A stretch of 64,000 bases of DNA from Nemertoderma westbladi (lineage: Eukaryota > Animalia > Xenacoelomorpha): NCBI GenBank assembly GCA_032718475.1, contig JAUCBJ010009041.1, positions 1 to 64,000 on the forward strand, given 5' to 3'. The first letter of the stretch is position 1. Every line of letters begins with the position of its first letter. A program made the position numbers and the translations under genes. Shown one piece after another: positions 31,183-44,400 of the stretch. The notes under the pieces are model-generated. The model made no database searches and had not been told where the DNA came from. It worked only from the letters and a program-made list of their open reading frames with translations.

Positions 31183-34082
31183 GTGAGCCAGTATCTACGG
31201 TAAAGATACCATACCTGTGAGCCAGTATCTACGGTAAAGATACCATACCTGTGAGCCCGAATCTACGGTAAAGATACCATACGTGTGAGCCCGAATCTAC
31301 GGTAAAGATACCATACCTGTGAGCCAGTATCTACGGTAAAGATACCATACCTGTGAGCCCGAATCTACGGTAAAGATACCATACGTGTGAGCCCGAATCT
31401 ACGGTAAAGATACCATACCTGTGAGCCCGAATCTACGGTAAAGATACCATACCTGTGAGCCCAAATCTACGGTAAAGATACCATACCTGTGAGCCAGTAT
31501 CTACGGTAAAGATACCATACCTGTGAGCCAGTATCTACGGTAAAGATACCATACCTGTGAGCCCGAATCTACGGTAAAGATACCATACCTGTGAGCCCGA
31601 ATCTACGGTAAAGATACCATACCTGTGAGCCAGTATCTACGGTAAAGATACCATACCTGTGAGCCCGAATCTACGGTAAAGATACCATACCTGTGAGCCC
31701 GAATCTACGGTAAAGATACCATACCTGTGAGCCCGAATCTACGGTAAAGATACCATACCTGTGAGCCAGTATCTACGGTAAAGATACCATACCTGTGAGC
31801 CCGAATCTACGGTAAAGATACCATACCTGTGAGCCCGAATCTACGGTAAAGATACCATACCTGTGAGCCAGAATCTACGGTAAAGATACCATACCTGTGA
31901 GCCGAATCTACGGTAAAGATACCATACCTGTGAGCCCGAATCTACGGTAAAGATACCATACCTGTGAGCCCGAATCTACGGTAAAGATACCATACCTGTG
32001 AGCCGAATCTACGGTAAAGATACCATACCTGTGAGCCAGAATCTACGGTAAAGATACCATACCTGTGAGCCCGAATCTACGGTAAAGATACCATACCTGT
32101 GAGCCAGTATCTACGGTAAAGATACCATACCTGTGAGCCAGAATCTACGGTAAAGATACCATACCTGTGAGCCGAATCTACGGTAAAGATACCATACCTG
32201 TGAGCCCGAATCTACGGTAAAGATACCATACCTGTGAGCCAGTATCTACGGTAAAGATACCATACCTGTGAGCCCGAATCTACGGTAAAGATACCATACC
32301 TGTGAGCCGAATCTACGGTAAAGATACCATACCTGTGAGCCCGAATCTACGGTAAAGATACCATACCTGTGAGCCAGTATCTACGGTAAAGATACCATAC
32401 CTGCGAGCCGAATCTACGGTAAAGATACCATACCTGTGAGCCGAATCTACGGTAAAGATACCATACCTGTGAGCCCGAATCTACGGTAAAGATACCATAC
32501 CTGTGAGCCAGTATCTACGGTAAAGATACCATACCTGTGAGCCCGAATCTACGGTAAAGATACCATACCTGTGAGCCAGTATCTACGGTAAAGATACCAT
32601 ACCTGTGAGCCCGAATCTACGGTAAAGATACCATACCTGTGAGCCGAATCTACGGTAAAGATACCATACCTGTGAGCCCGAATCTACGGTAAAGATACCA
32701 TACCTGTGAGCCAGTATCTACGGTAAAGATACCATACCTGTGAGCCCGAATCTACGGTAAAGATACCATACCTGTGAGCCAGTATCTACGGTAAAGATAC
32801 CATACCTGTGAGCCCGAATCTATGGTAAAGATACCATACCTGTGAGCCCGAATCTACGGTAAAGATACCATACCTGTGAGCCCGAATCTACGGTGAAGAT
32901 ACCATACCTGTGAGCCGAATCTACGGTAAAGATACCATACCTGTGAGCCCGAATCTACGGTAAAGATACCATACCTGTGAGCCCGAATCTACGGTAAAGA
33001 TACCATACCTGTGAGCCGAATCTACGGTAAAGATACCATACCTGTGAGCCCGAATCTACGGTGAAGATACCATACCTGTGAGCCCGAATCTACGGTAAAG
33101 ATACCATACCTGTGAGCCAGTATCTACGGTAAAGATACCATACCTGTGAGCCCGAATCTACGGTAAAGATACCATACCTGTGAGCCGAATCTACGGTAAA
33201 GATACCATACCTGTGAGCCCGAATCTACGGTAAAGATACCATACCTGTGAGCCAGTATCTACGGTAAAGATACCATACCTGTGAGCCCGAATCTACGGTG
33301 AAGATACCATACCTGTGAGCCGAATCTACGGTAAAGATACCATACCTGTGAGCCCGAATCTACGGTAAAGATACCATACCTGTGAGCCAGTATCTACGGT
33401 AAAGATACCATACCTGTGAGCCCGAATCTACGGTAAAGATACCATACCTGTGAGCCGAATCTACGGTAAAGATACCATACCTGTGAGCCCGAATCTACGG
33501 TAAAGATACCATACCTGTGAGCCAGTATCTACGGTAAAGATACCATACCTGTGAGCCCGAATCTACGGTAAAGATACCATACCTGTGAGCCAGTATCTAC
33601 GGTAAAGATACCATACCTGTGAGCCCGAATCTACGGTGAAGATACCATACCTGTGAGCCGAATCTACGGTGAAGATACCATACCTGTGAGCCCGAATCTA
33701 CGGTAAAGATACCATACCTGTGAGCCAGTATCTACGGTAAAGATACCATACCTGTGAGCCCGAATCTACGGTAAAGATACCATACCTGTGAGCCAGTATC
33801 TACGGTAAAGATACCATACCTGTGAGCCCGAATCTACGGTGAAGATACCATACCTGTGAGCCGAATCTACGGTAAAGATACCATACCTGTGAGCCCGAAT
33901 CTACGGTGAAGATACCATACCTGTGAGCCCGAATCTACGGTAAAGATACCATACCTGTGAGCCGAATCTACGGTAAAGATACCATACGTGTGAGCCAGTA
34001 TCTACGGTAAAGATACCATACGTGTGAGCCAGTATCTACGGTAAATATACCCTACCTGGTACCATACCTGTGAGCCAGTATC
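31183..34082. repeat. 33/34-bp minisatellite, about 85 copies, three interspersed variants
   Basis: gtgagc(cagt|ccga|cga)atctacggtaaagataccatacct. Confidence 0.98.
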
Positions 34083-35449
34083 GATGCTGTATTGATAAGG
34101 ACGTCCGAAGTTATCGACTGCCAACGATTGGAGCAGCGCGAAGTCATTGGATTTCAACCCCAGGGTAGAAGAAGGACCTGTAGTTGTGTCGGTAACGGCA
34201 TCGTCTGTAAAATTACACTCAGTGTGAGATTTAAGTACGGGGGTGGAAGCAAATCCAATTTTGGCGAATAAATATCTCGTCTCAATGTTAATTTATCTAT
34301 TAAGGGGAGGGGGGGGGGGGGTGTATATCGGATATCGGGGCATAGCTTTTTAAACATCCCGAAAATCCTGTGGTAGGTCAGTAGCACTGATATATTGTGT
34401 TCAGCCAACGTAGGGGAGGCCGAACAGCAATAAAAATTGAAAAACCAACTTTTTTGGTCCCAGTATCTTCGCATCTACATAAACACTCCAGCCGATTTTT
34501 TAGATTATTAATTTTTAATTAAATTAATTGATTTTAACAAATTCAATTAATTAAAATTCGCAATAATATTTGAACAAATTTTTTTATCAAAAAAGTGCTG
34601 GATATTTTTTCAAGATCTTCAAAAAACCCTTCAAACCAAACCAAACGAACGAGCCAAACGAGCCGAACGAACCAAACGAGCCATAGATTATTGAATTTGA
34701 GTGAAAAATGGCGGATGAGTAGTATTTTGAAAAATTGATAAATGTGATTCCGATATAATTTGCTTTAAAGTTTGAAACTTCCCGCCCAAACCTGTCTGTC
34801 TGTTGTCTGTTAATCGGTGATAATTGAATGTAACGACATACTGACTAGTCGGTTAATCGGCCAGTAATGTTTCGCACTATGGCTTCATACCAACTCACTA
34901 AAATTATCAATTTATTTCCGATGTCAGTTTTAATGTTTGGAGGCATCACTGATATCTAATATCTATGCGACGGTTTGTCTGTCTTCTGAATTTTGACGGA
35001 CAAACTGGTAGATGGAAAGACAGCGATAACTGGAGAAATAAAAAAGATCTCGCCAGGCCGTTTTAAGATTTTACATCTCCATTAAATTCTGCAACAGATC
35101 AAATAAAAACCCAAAAATGTGAAAATATTTCACGGGTCGGAATCGTCTGAGTTAGATAGAATTGTTCAAGGTCGGAAATGCCCGAAACCTCGAACATAAT
35201 TTAATTTAACCAGCCAAGCGCCCCAAGGTGACTTACACACCACCGTCCACCGCCCTCCATCATCTTACAATGTTTAACCAAATATTATATTATAAGATAA
35301 TATTATACAATACATTGCTACTGAGTGATACTAATGGCCACCAACAAATACTCTATTTACTATGTTTATACAAGTGAATTCTTTTTGCAAAGTTGTTTTT
35401 TATATTTTATTTAAATTTTCTATATATACTTATAATTTTTTATAAATCT

Positions 35450-35550
35450 TGGGATAAGAGTAGCGCCCACCCCTACCCTCGGGTAGCAGCTATCGAAAGA
35501 GGAGCCTTCGGGTCGCCTCCGGCTTCGGCCGACTGTTTTTTTTTTTTTTT
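35450..35550 (+). mobile_element. SINE/LINE 3'-tail fragment ending in a UUCG stem-loop and a T tract
   Basis: agtagcgcccacccctacc...agaggagccttcgggtcgcctccgg; homologous to the 3' end of the SINE at 37498. Confidence 0.65.
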
Positions 35551-36226
35551 ATATATACTGGACATGAGAACATGGCTAAACTATGAAAGTGTGTCGTTGA
35601 CTGGTGGGTGTGTCAGGGTCTAACACCATGTATATACAACCAATCGCGTATGATGAGTTGATGCTTGTTGGTACATAAATATACACAAGGATGCCCGCAG
35701 GGAAAAACCCAGCTGCAAACTGCAGGTCTGTTCCTAATGCAGCTCATTGATTGGACCATGCATGTACTTTGCGCTGATACGCCACTGATAAAACTGCATG
35801 ACATATTATTCGGGAAATATTAGCACAAAATGAATTACACAGTTTAAGTCCTTTTAACTCAATGCGTTAATAACTTACTGGAAAACGGGAACGGTGTGTT
35901 CAAATCTCCAACAACGGTGCCGGGATCCACTAGAGACGAGGTTCTTTTTTTCTTAGTTTTTTCCTAAAAATAACAAATAAATAATAACAGAGGTGGGCTA
36001 CACAAGGGTTCGTCTGTATCCGATTTAAATGAAGGAGAATGATAAAAACAAAAGAAATCATATTGAAAATTGTTAAAATACAGACAGAGCAGTTCAACAA
36101 AAGTTTTATTTCCCTTGGTAGTAGGAGTCTGACATCCAGGTACTTCGCCCATAAATTTGTTTCACTTGAGGAAAATTAAATATTTAATTTAATTTAATTA
36201 AATAAATTATATAAGTATATTGAATT

Positions 36227-36326
36227 ATTTAGATGTCGTCAAAGAACCATAAACTGGGCAATGAACCAGTCGCGCTTAATGTCACATTGATGGGATAAGT
36301 TTATGGTTCTTGGCGACCTCTAAATA
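36227..36326. repeat. Imperfect inverted repeat, about 28-bp arms
   Basis: atttagatgtcgtcaaagaaccataaact / agtttatggttcttggcgacctctaaat. Confidence 0.8.
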
Positions 36327-36993
36327 TCAATATTTTTAAAAATGTTCAAAGGTTAAGGATTAAAATTATAAATTGTTTAAAGGCACAATTTATATATTTG
36401 TTATGTTACGTGTCGTGATATTGTTGTCCCTCAAAAAAAAACACCCTTTTAATAGCCCAGCTCTAACAATAATTATATGAGACCGTCTGTTTCCTGACAC
36501 AAGCGCAGTCACATGGGTCCAAGCATTGCTATTTTTAAGAATGATTTGTTTTCTAAGATATTCGCCCCACCAATGATTATAATGAATAATATAGAGTTTG
36601 TGTGCAGTCCACCCACATTATGGTTCACGGATTGGGTGATTTGTGAAAAGTTATTTGAAAGCTCCTCCAATCGGAAGACAGCACAGTGTTCCTGTGTCAA
36701 GCAGGGTAGCAGCCTCGATTCTCTCTAGCCATGGAGGCGCAAGAGGCACGTCTGAATTGCTGTAGTTGACCCCCACTCCCCCCTCACCAACAACATGTGA
36801 CTAAAGATACATTGGAAAAAAATGTATTGATGTTTGCAGACGGTTCAATTGAATTGCGTGAGTCTTTTCTAAATGTTTAAATTTTATTTACAAGCCACAT
36901 AGCCTCAAGTGTACTGTAACGCCATGAACTGGTACAAAAAGGTCTTACATTGTCCCTTCTGAGATGCGTAAGAAAACTTAATGATCTACCCAC

Positions 36994-37132
36994 CTCACTG
37001 ACGTCGGAAGGGCACACCATCAGGTGTCGTTTTGGCGTGGGGGTCGATTTTTCATATTTCTTATCCGAAACGACAGCCGTAATAAATTGAATTAACCGGT
37101 CGATAATATTTTGCTGTGCAGTATGCTTCAAC
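36994..37132 (-). CDS. HSF: HSF exon encoding the end of the HR-A/B trimerisation coiled coil and the basic KR-x-LM motif
   Basis: Acceptor atttcattgtctgtag|G, donor GAG|gtgggt. RLKHTAQQNIIDRLIQFITAVV...PKRHLM aligns by eye with HSF1 [22 protein letters not shown]...KRKIPLM. Confidence 0.82.
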
Positions 37133-37284
37133 CTACAGACAATGAAATTGGATCAGTTGACTAACTAACTGCAAAGTGTTTCGGTCGACATTCGGACGAA
37201 TTCAAATATTACCGTTTGTCTATTTCGAGTTAGTGGCAAGGTGGCGGTGGCTATTTAATTTGGGGGGCCAATTTTTCTAATCTT

Positions 37285-38277
37285 TTTTTTTGTTCCCCCG
37301 ACTTTTGCGAACTCGTTCGAACGACTTTACAAAACTCGGGGAAACAAATCTAATTGGCTGGAGTGGTTTCTGTACCAACGGACATCCAATCAAGTTTGTT
37401 TCCCCGACTTTTGCAGTAGCTGTAATTGTCTTAGAGGCAGTGGTTGGCAGATAAAAGGAAAGTGATCGGCAAACGTGTGAAACACGAAATACCGAACGCA
37501 ACCCGAAGGCTCCTCTGTCTTGGCTGTAACCTATAAGGCAGGGAGGGCGCCACAATAACTCCCAAGGTTGATTGAACACACAGTAAACATCCAACCCTTT
37601 TTCTTTACTGCCCCAGCATAAGCTATAGGTACCCACATCGCTGTGTGGGCACACGAGTTACGAAATTGTAACTGGCTCGGCATGGGATCGAACCCGCGAC
37701 CTCCTAGCAAGTAGCAAAGTGAGTAACCACTCTTCCACCAAGTTGGCACAGAAGCACAGTTGTTATCAGTTATACCCAATGGCATCTGTGGATTGTCATT
37801 GTTTGGGAATAGGACAGGAGGGTACCAGGTGTCTTTATTTTTTATTTGCTTTTATATATCTTTTAGTGTGAGCGAATATCACCAAACCAATAAATACATA
37901 ATTAAGGGAGTAGCAACAGTGGATGTAATATTGGCTACCGATTCGAAAAATCAAGATATCAAAGAGACTGCAGTTTCGGTCTGATTGGCTAAATTATGTA
38001 AACAAACTTGATTGGATGTCAGTTGATATAGAAACCACCCCAGCCAATTAGATTTGTTTCCCCGAGTTTTGTAAAGTCGTTCGAACGAGTTTGCAAAAGT
38101 CGGGCGAACAAACATGATTGGCTTTTTGTTGGTATAGAAACCACTCCAGCCAAATAGATTTGTTTCCCCGTGTTTTGTAAAGTCGTTTGAACGAGTTTGC
38201 AAAAGTCTGGGGAACAAAAAAAAGATTACAAATAACAAAGTTTTGTTTTCCCGAGTTTTGTAAAGTCGTACGAACGA
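37285..38277. mobile_element. Foldback-like element: inverted arms built of about 100-bp subrepeats
   Basis: 37290-37415 (cgacttttgcgaactcgttcgaacgactttacaaaactcgg..aatctaattggctgg) is the reverse complement of repeated blocks at 38000-38277. Confidence 0.7.
37498..37745 (-). mobile_element. tRNA-derived SINE, apparently full length
   Basis: Minus strand: A-box-like tggaagagtgg, B box ggttcgatccc, body shared with 8930-9000, 3' end agaggagccttcgggttgc. Confidence 0.75.
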
Positions 38278-38278
38278 A

Positions 38279-38430
38279 GGCAGCGCGCCATATAGTATGA
38301 GTATGAGAGCGTGCCATAGTGTAAGGCAGCGTTCCATAGTGTAAGGCAGCGTTCCGTAGTGTAAGACAGCCTGCCATAGTGTAAGGCAGCCTGCCATAGT
38401 GTAAGGCAGCGAGCCATGATAGTGTAAGAC
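38279..38430. repeat. 20-bp minisatellite, about 7 diverged copies
   Basis: Unit ccatagtgtaaggcagc(gtt/ctg). Confidence 0.9.
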
Positions 38431-38452
38431 CGTGCTTGGAATGTAGTCCCCA

Positions 38453-41400
38453 AAAATATAGTTATTCCGTGCCCCAATATAGTTAGTTAGTCACCAAATA
38501 TAGTTAGTTCGTCACCAAATATAGTTATTCCGTGCCCCAATATAGTTAGTTCGCCACCAAATATAGTTATTCCGTGCCCCAATATAGTTAGTTCGTCGCC
38601 AAATATAGTTATTCCGTGCCCCAATATAGTTAGTTCGTCACCAAATATAGTTATTCCGTGCCCCAATATAGTTAGTTCGTCACCAAATATAGTTATTCCG
38701 TGCCCCAATATAGTTATTCCGTGCCCCAATATAGTTAGTTCGTCACCAAATATAGTTAGTTCGTCACCAAATATAGTTATTCCGTGCCCCAATATAGTTA
38801 GTTCGTCACCAAATATAGTTAGTTCGTCACCAAATATAGTTATTCCGTGCCCCAATATAGTTAGTTCGTCACCAAATATAGTTATTCCGTGCCCCAATAT
38901 AATTAGTTCGTCACCAAATATAGCTATTCCGTGCCCCAATATAGTTATTCCGTGCCCCAATATAGTTAGTTCGTCACCAAATATAGCTATTCCGTGCCCC
39001 AATATAGTTATTCCGTGCCCCAATATAGTTAGTTCGTCACCAAATATAGTTATTCCGTGCCCCAATATAGTTAGTTCGTCACCAAATATAGTTATTCCGT
39101 GCCCCAATATAGTTAGTTCGTCACCAAATATAGTTATTCCGTGCCCCAATATAGTTAGTTCGTCACCAAATATAGTTAGTTCGTCACCAAATATAGTTAT
39201 TCCGTGCCCCAATATAGTTAGTTCGTCACCAAATATAGCTATTCCGTGCCCCAATATAGTTAGTTCCTCACCAAATATAGTTATTCCGTGCCCCAATATA
39301 GTTAGTTCGTCACCAAATATAGTTATTCCGTGCCCCAATATAGTTAGTTCGTCACCAAATATAGTTATTCCGTGCCCCAATATAGTTAGTTCGTCACCAA
39401 ATATAGTTAGTTCGTCACCAAATATAGTTATTCCGTGCCCCAATATAGTTAGTTCGTCACCAAATATAGTTATTCCGTGCCCCAATATAGTTAGTTCGTC
39501 ACCAAATATAGTTAGTTGGTCACCAAATATAGTTAGTTCGTCACCAAATATAGTTAGTTCGTCACCAAATATAGTTATTCCGTGCCCCAATATAGTTAGT
39601 TCGTCACCAAATATAGTTATTCCGTGCCCCAATATAGTTAGTTCGTCACCAAATATAGTTAGTTCGTCACCAAATATAGTTATTCCGTGCCCCAATATAG
39701 TTAGTTCGTCACCAAATATAGTTATTCCGTGCCCCAATATAGTTAGTTCGTCACCAAATATAGTTAGTTCGTCACCAAATATAGTTATTCCGTGCCCCAA
39801 TATAGTTAGTTCGTCACCAAATATAGTTAGTTGGTCACCAAATATAGTTAGTTCGTCACCAAATATAGTTAGTTCGTCACCAAATATAGTTATTCCGTGC
39901 CCCAATATAGTTAGTTCGTCACCAAATATAGTTATTCCGTGCCCCAATATAGTTAGTTCGTCACCAAATATAGTTAGTTCGTCACCAAATATAGTTATTC
40001 CGTGCCCCAATATAGTTAGTTCGTCACCAAATATAGTTATTCCGTGCCCCAATATAGTTAGTTCGTCACCAAATATAGTTAGTTCGTCACCAAATATAGT
40101 TTTGCCGTGCCCCAATATAGTTATCGTCGCCAAATATAGTTATTCCGTGCCCCAATATAGTTAGTTCGTCACCAAATATAGTTAGTTCGTCACCAAATAT
40201 AGTTATTCCGTGCCCCAATATAGTTAGTTCGTCACCAAATATAGCTATTCCGAGCCCCAATATAGTTAGTTCGTCACCAAATATAGTTATTCCGTGCCCC
40301 AATATAGTTAGTTCGTGACCAAATATAGTTATTCCGTGCCCCAATATAGTTAGTTCGTCACCAAATATAGTTATTCCGTGCCCCAATATAGTTAGTTCGT
40401 CACCAAATATAGTTATTCCGTGCCCCAATATAGTTAGTTCGTCACCAAATATAGTTATTCCGTGCCCCAATATAGTTAGTTCGTCACCAAATATAGTTAG
40501 TTCGTCACCAAATATAGTTAGTTCGTCACCAAATATAGTTATTCCGTGCCCCAATATAGTAAGTTCGTCACCAAATATAGTTATTCCGTGCCCCAATATA
40601 GTTAGTTCGTCACCAAATATAGTTATTCCGTGCCCCAATATAGTTAGTTCGTCACCAAATATAGTTAGTTCGTCACCAAATATAGTTAGTTCGTCACCAA
40701 ATATAGTTATTCCGTGCCCCAATATAGTAAGTTCGTCACCAAATATAGTTATTCCGTGCCCCAATATAGTTAGTTCGTCACCAAATATAGTTATTCCGTG
40801 CCCCAATATAGTTAGTTCGTCACCAAATATAGTTAGTTCGTCACCAAATATAGTTAGTTCGTCACCAAATATAGTTATTCCGTGCCCCAATATAGTAAGT
40901 TCGTCACCAAATATAGTTATTCCGTGCCCCAATATAGTTAGTTCGTCACCAAATATAGTTATTCCGTGCCCCAATATAGTTATTCCGTGCCCCAATATAG
41001 TTAGTTCGTCACCAAATATAGTTATTCCGTGCCCCAATATAGTTAGTTCGTCACCAAATATAGTTATTCCGTGCCCCAATATAGTTATTCCGTGCCCCAA
41101 TATAGTTAGTTCGTCACCAAATATAGTTATTCCGTGCCCCAATATAGTTAGTTCGTCACCAAATATAGTTATTCCGTGCCCCAATATAGTTAGTTCGTCA
41201 CCAAATATAGTTATTCCGTGCCCCAATATAGTTAGTTCGTCACCAAATATAGTTATTCCGTGCCCCAATATAGTTAGTTCGTCACCAAATATAGTTAGTT
41301 CGTCACCAAATATAGTTAGTTCGTCACCAAATATAGTTATTCCGTGCCCCAATATAGTTAGTTCGTCACCAAATATAGTTATTCCGTGCCCCAATATAGT

Positions 41401-44400
41401 TAGTTCGTCACCAAATATAGTTATTCCGTGCCCCAATATAGTTAGTTCGTCACCAAATATAGTTAGTTCGTCACCAAATATAGTTAGTTCGTCACCAAAT
41501 ATAGTTATTCCGTGCCCCAATATAGTTAGTTCGTCACCAAATATAGTTAGTTCGTCACCAAATATAGTTAGTTCGTCACCAAATATAGATATTCCGTGCC
41601 CCAATATAGTTAGTTCGTCACCAAATATAGTTATTCCGTGCCCCAATATAGTTAGTTCGTCACCAAATATAGTTAGTTCGTCACCAAATATAGTTATTCC
41701 GTGCCCCAATATAGTTAGTTCGTCACCAAATATAGTTATTCCGTGCCCCAATATAGTTAGTTCGTCACCAAATATAGTTATTCCGTGCCCCAATATAGTT
41801 AGTTCGTCACCAAATATAGTTATTCCGTGCCCCAATATAGTTAGTTCGTCACCAAATATAGTTAGTTCGTCACCAAATATAGTTAGTTCGTCACCAAATA
41901 TAGTTATTCCGTGCCCCAATATAGTTAGTTCGTCACCAAATATAGTTAGTTCGTCACCAAATATAGTTAGTTCGTCACCAAATATAGATATTCCGTGCCC
42001 CAATATAGTTAGTTCGTCACCAAATATAGTTATTCCGTGCCCCAATATAGTTAGTTCGTCACCAAATATAGTTATTCCGTGCCCCAATATAGTTAGTTCG
42101 TCACCAAATATAGTTATTCCGTGCCCCGATATAATTAGTTCGTCACCAAATATAGTTATTCCGTGCCCCAATATAGTTAGTTCGTCACCAAATATAGTTA
42201 TTCCGTGCCCCAATATAGTTAGTTCGTCACCAAATATAGTTATTCCGTGCCCCAATATAGTTAGTTCGTCACCAAATATAGTTATTCCGTGCCCCAATAT
42301 ATATAGTTAGTTTGTCACCAAATATAGTTAGTTCGTCACCAAATATAGTTATTCCGTGCCCCAATATAGTTAGTTCGTCACCAAATATAGCTATTCCGTG
42401 CCCCAATATAGTTAGTTCGTCACCACATATAGTTAGTTCGTCACCAAATATAGTTATTCCGTGCCCCAATATAGTTAGTTCGTCACCACATATAGTTAGT
42501 TCGTCACCAAATATAGTTATTCCGTGCCCCAATATAGTTAGTTCGTCACCAAATATAGTTAGTTCGTCACCAAATATAGCTATTCCGTGCCCCAATATAG
42601 TTAGTTCGTCACCAAATATAGCTATTCCGTGCCCCAATATAGTTAGTTCGTCACCACATATAGTTAGTTCGTCACCAAATATAGTTATTCCGTGCCCCAA
42701 TATAGTTATTCCGTGCCCCAATATAGTTAGTTCGTCACCAAATATAGTTATTCCGTGCCCCAATATAGTTAGTTCGTCACCAAATATAGTTATTCCGTGC
42801 CCCAATATAGTTATTCCGTGCCCCAATATAGTTAGTTCGTCACCAAATATAGTTATTCCGTGCCCCAATATAGTTAGTTCGTCACCAAATATAGTTATTC
42901 CGTGCCCCAATATAGTTAGTTCGTCACCAAATATAGTTATTCCGTGCCCCAATATAGTTAGTTCGTCACCAAATATAGTTATTCCGTGCCCCAATATAGT
43001 TAGTTCGTCACCAAATATAGTTAGTTCGTCACCAAATATAGTTAGTTCGTCACCAAATATAGTTATTCCGTGCCCCAATATAGTTAGTTCGTCACCAAAT
43101 ATAGTTAGTTCGTCACCAAATATAGTTATTCCGTGCCCCAATATAGTTAGTTCGTCACCAAATATAGTTAGTTCGTCACCAAATATAGTTATTCCGTGCC
43201 CCAATATAGTTAGTTCGTCACCAAATATAGTTATTCCGTGCCCCAATATAGTTAGTTCGTCACCAAATATAGTTAGTTCGTCACCAAATATAGTTAGTTC
43301 GTCACCAAATATAGTTATTCCGTGCCCCAATATAGTTAGTTCGTCACCAAATATAGTTAGTTCGTCACCAAATATAGTTAGTTCGTCACCAAATATAGAT
43401 ATTCCGTGCCCCAATATAGTTAGTTCGTCACCAAATATAGTTATTCCGTGCCCCAATATAGTTAGTTCGTCACCAAATATAGTTATTCCGTGCCCCAATA
43501 TAGTTAGTTCGTCACCAAATATAGTTATTCCGTGCCCCGATATAATTAGTTCGTCACCAAATATAGTTATTCCGTGCCCCAATATAGTTAGTTCGTCACC
43601 AAATATAGTTATTCCGTGCCCCAATATAGTTATTCCGTGCCCCAATATATATAGTTAGTTTGTCACCAAATATAGCTATTCCGTGCCCCAATATAGTTAG
43701 TTCGTCACCAAATATAGCTATTCCGTGCCCCAATATAGTTAGTTCGTCACCACATATAGTTAGTTCGTCACCAAATATAGTTAGTTCGTCACCAAATATA
43801 GCTATTCCGTGCCCCAATATAGTTAGTTCGTCACCACATATAGTTAGTTCGTCACCAAATATAGTTAGTTCGTCACCAAATATAGCTATTCCGTGCCCCA
43901 ATATAGTTAGTTCGTCACCACATATAGTTAGTTCGTCACCAAATATAGTTATTCCGTGCCCCAATATAGTTAGTTCGTCACCACATATAGTTAGTTCGTC
44001 ACCAAATATAGTTATTCCGTGCCCCAATATAGTTAGTTCGTCACCAAATATAGTTAGTTCGTCACCAAATATAGCTATTCCGTGCCCCAATATAGTTAGT
44101 TCGTCACCAAATATAGCTATTCCGTGCCCCAATATAGTTAGTTCGTCACCACATATAGTTAGTTCGTCACCAAATATAGTTATTCCGTGCCCCAATATAG
44201 TTAGTTCGTCACCAAATATAGTTATTCCGTGCCCCAATATAGTTAGTTCGTCACCAAATATAGTTATTCCGTGCCCCAATATAGTTATTCCGTGCACCAA
44301 TATAGTTAGTTCGTCACCAAATATAGTTATTCCGTGCCCCAATATAGTTAGTTCGTCACCAAATATAGTTAGTTCGTCACCAAATATAGTTATTCCGTGC

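Noticed and set aside
31183-34082. CRISPR-like appearance of the 28-38 bp repeats with internal hairpins
   Set aside because: Monomers are head-to-tail with no unique spacers, there are no cas genes, and the context is eukaryotic
35613-35804. Cys-rich ORF with PCGHPC resembling an NF-X1 or SWIM zinc finger
   Set aside because: Short, spacing does not fit either motif, no convincing splice sites
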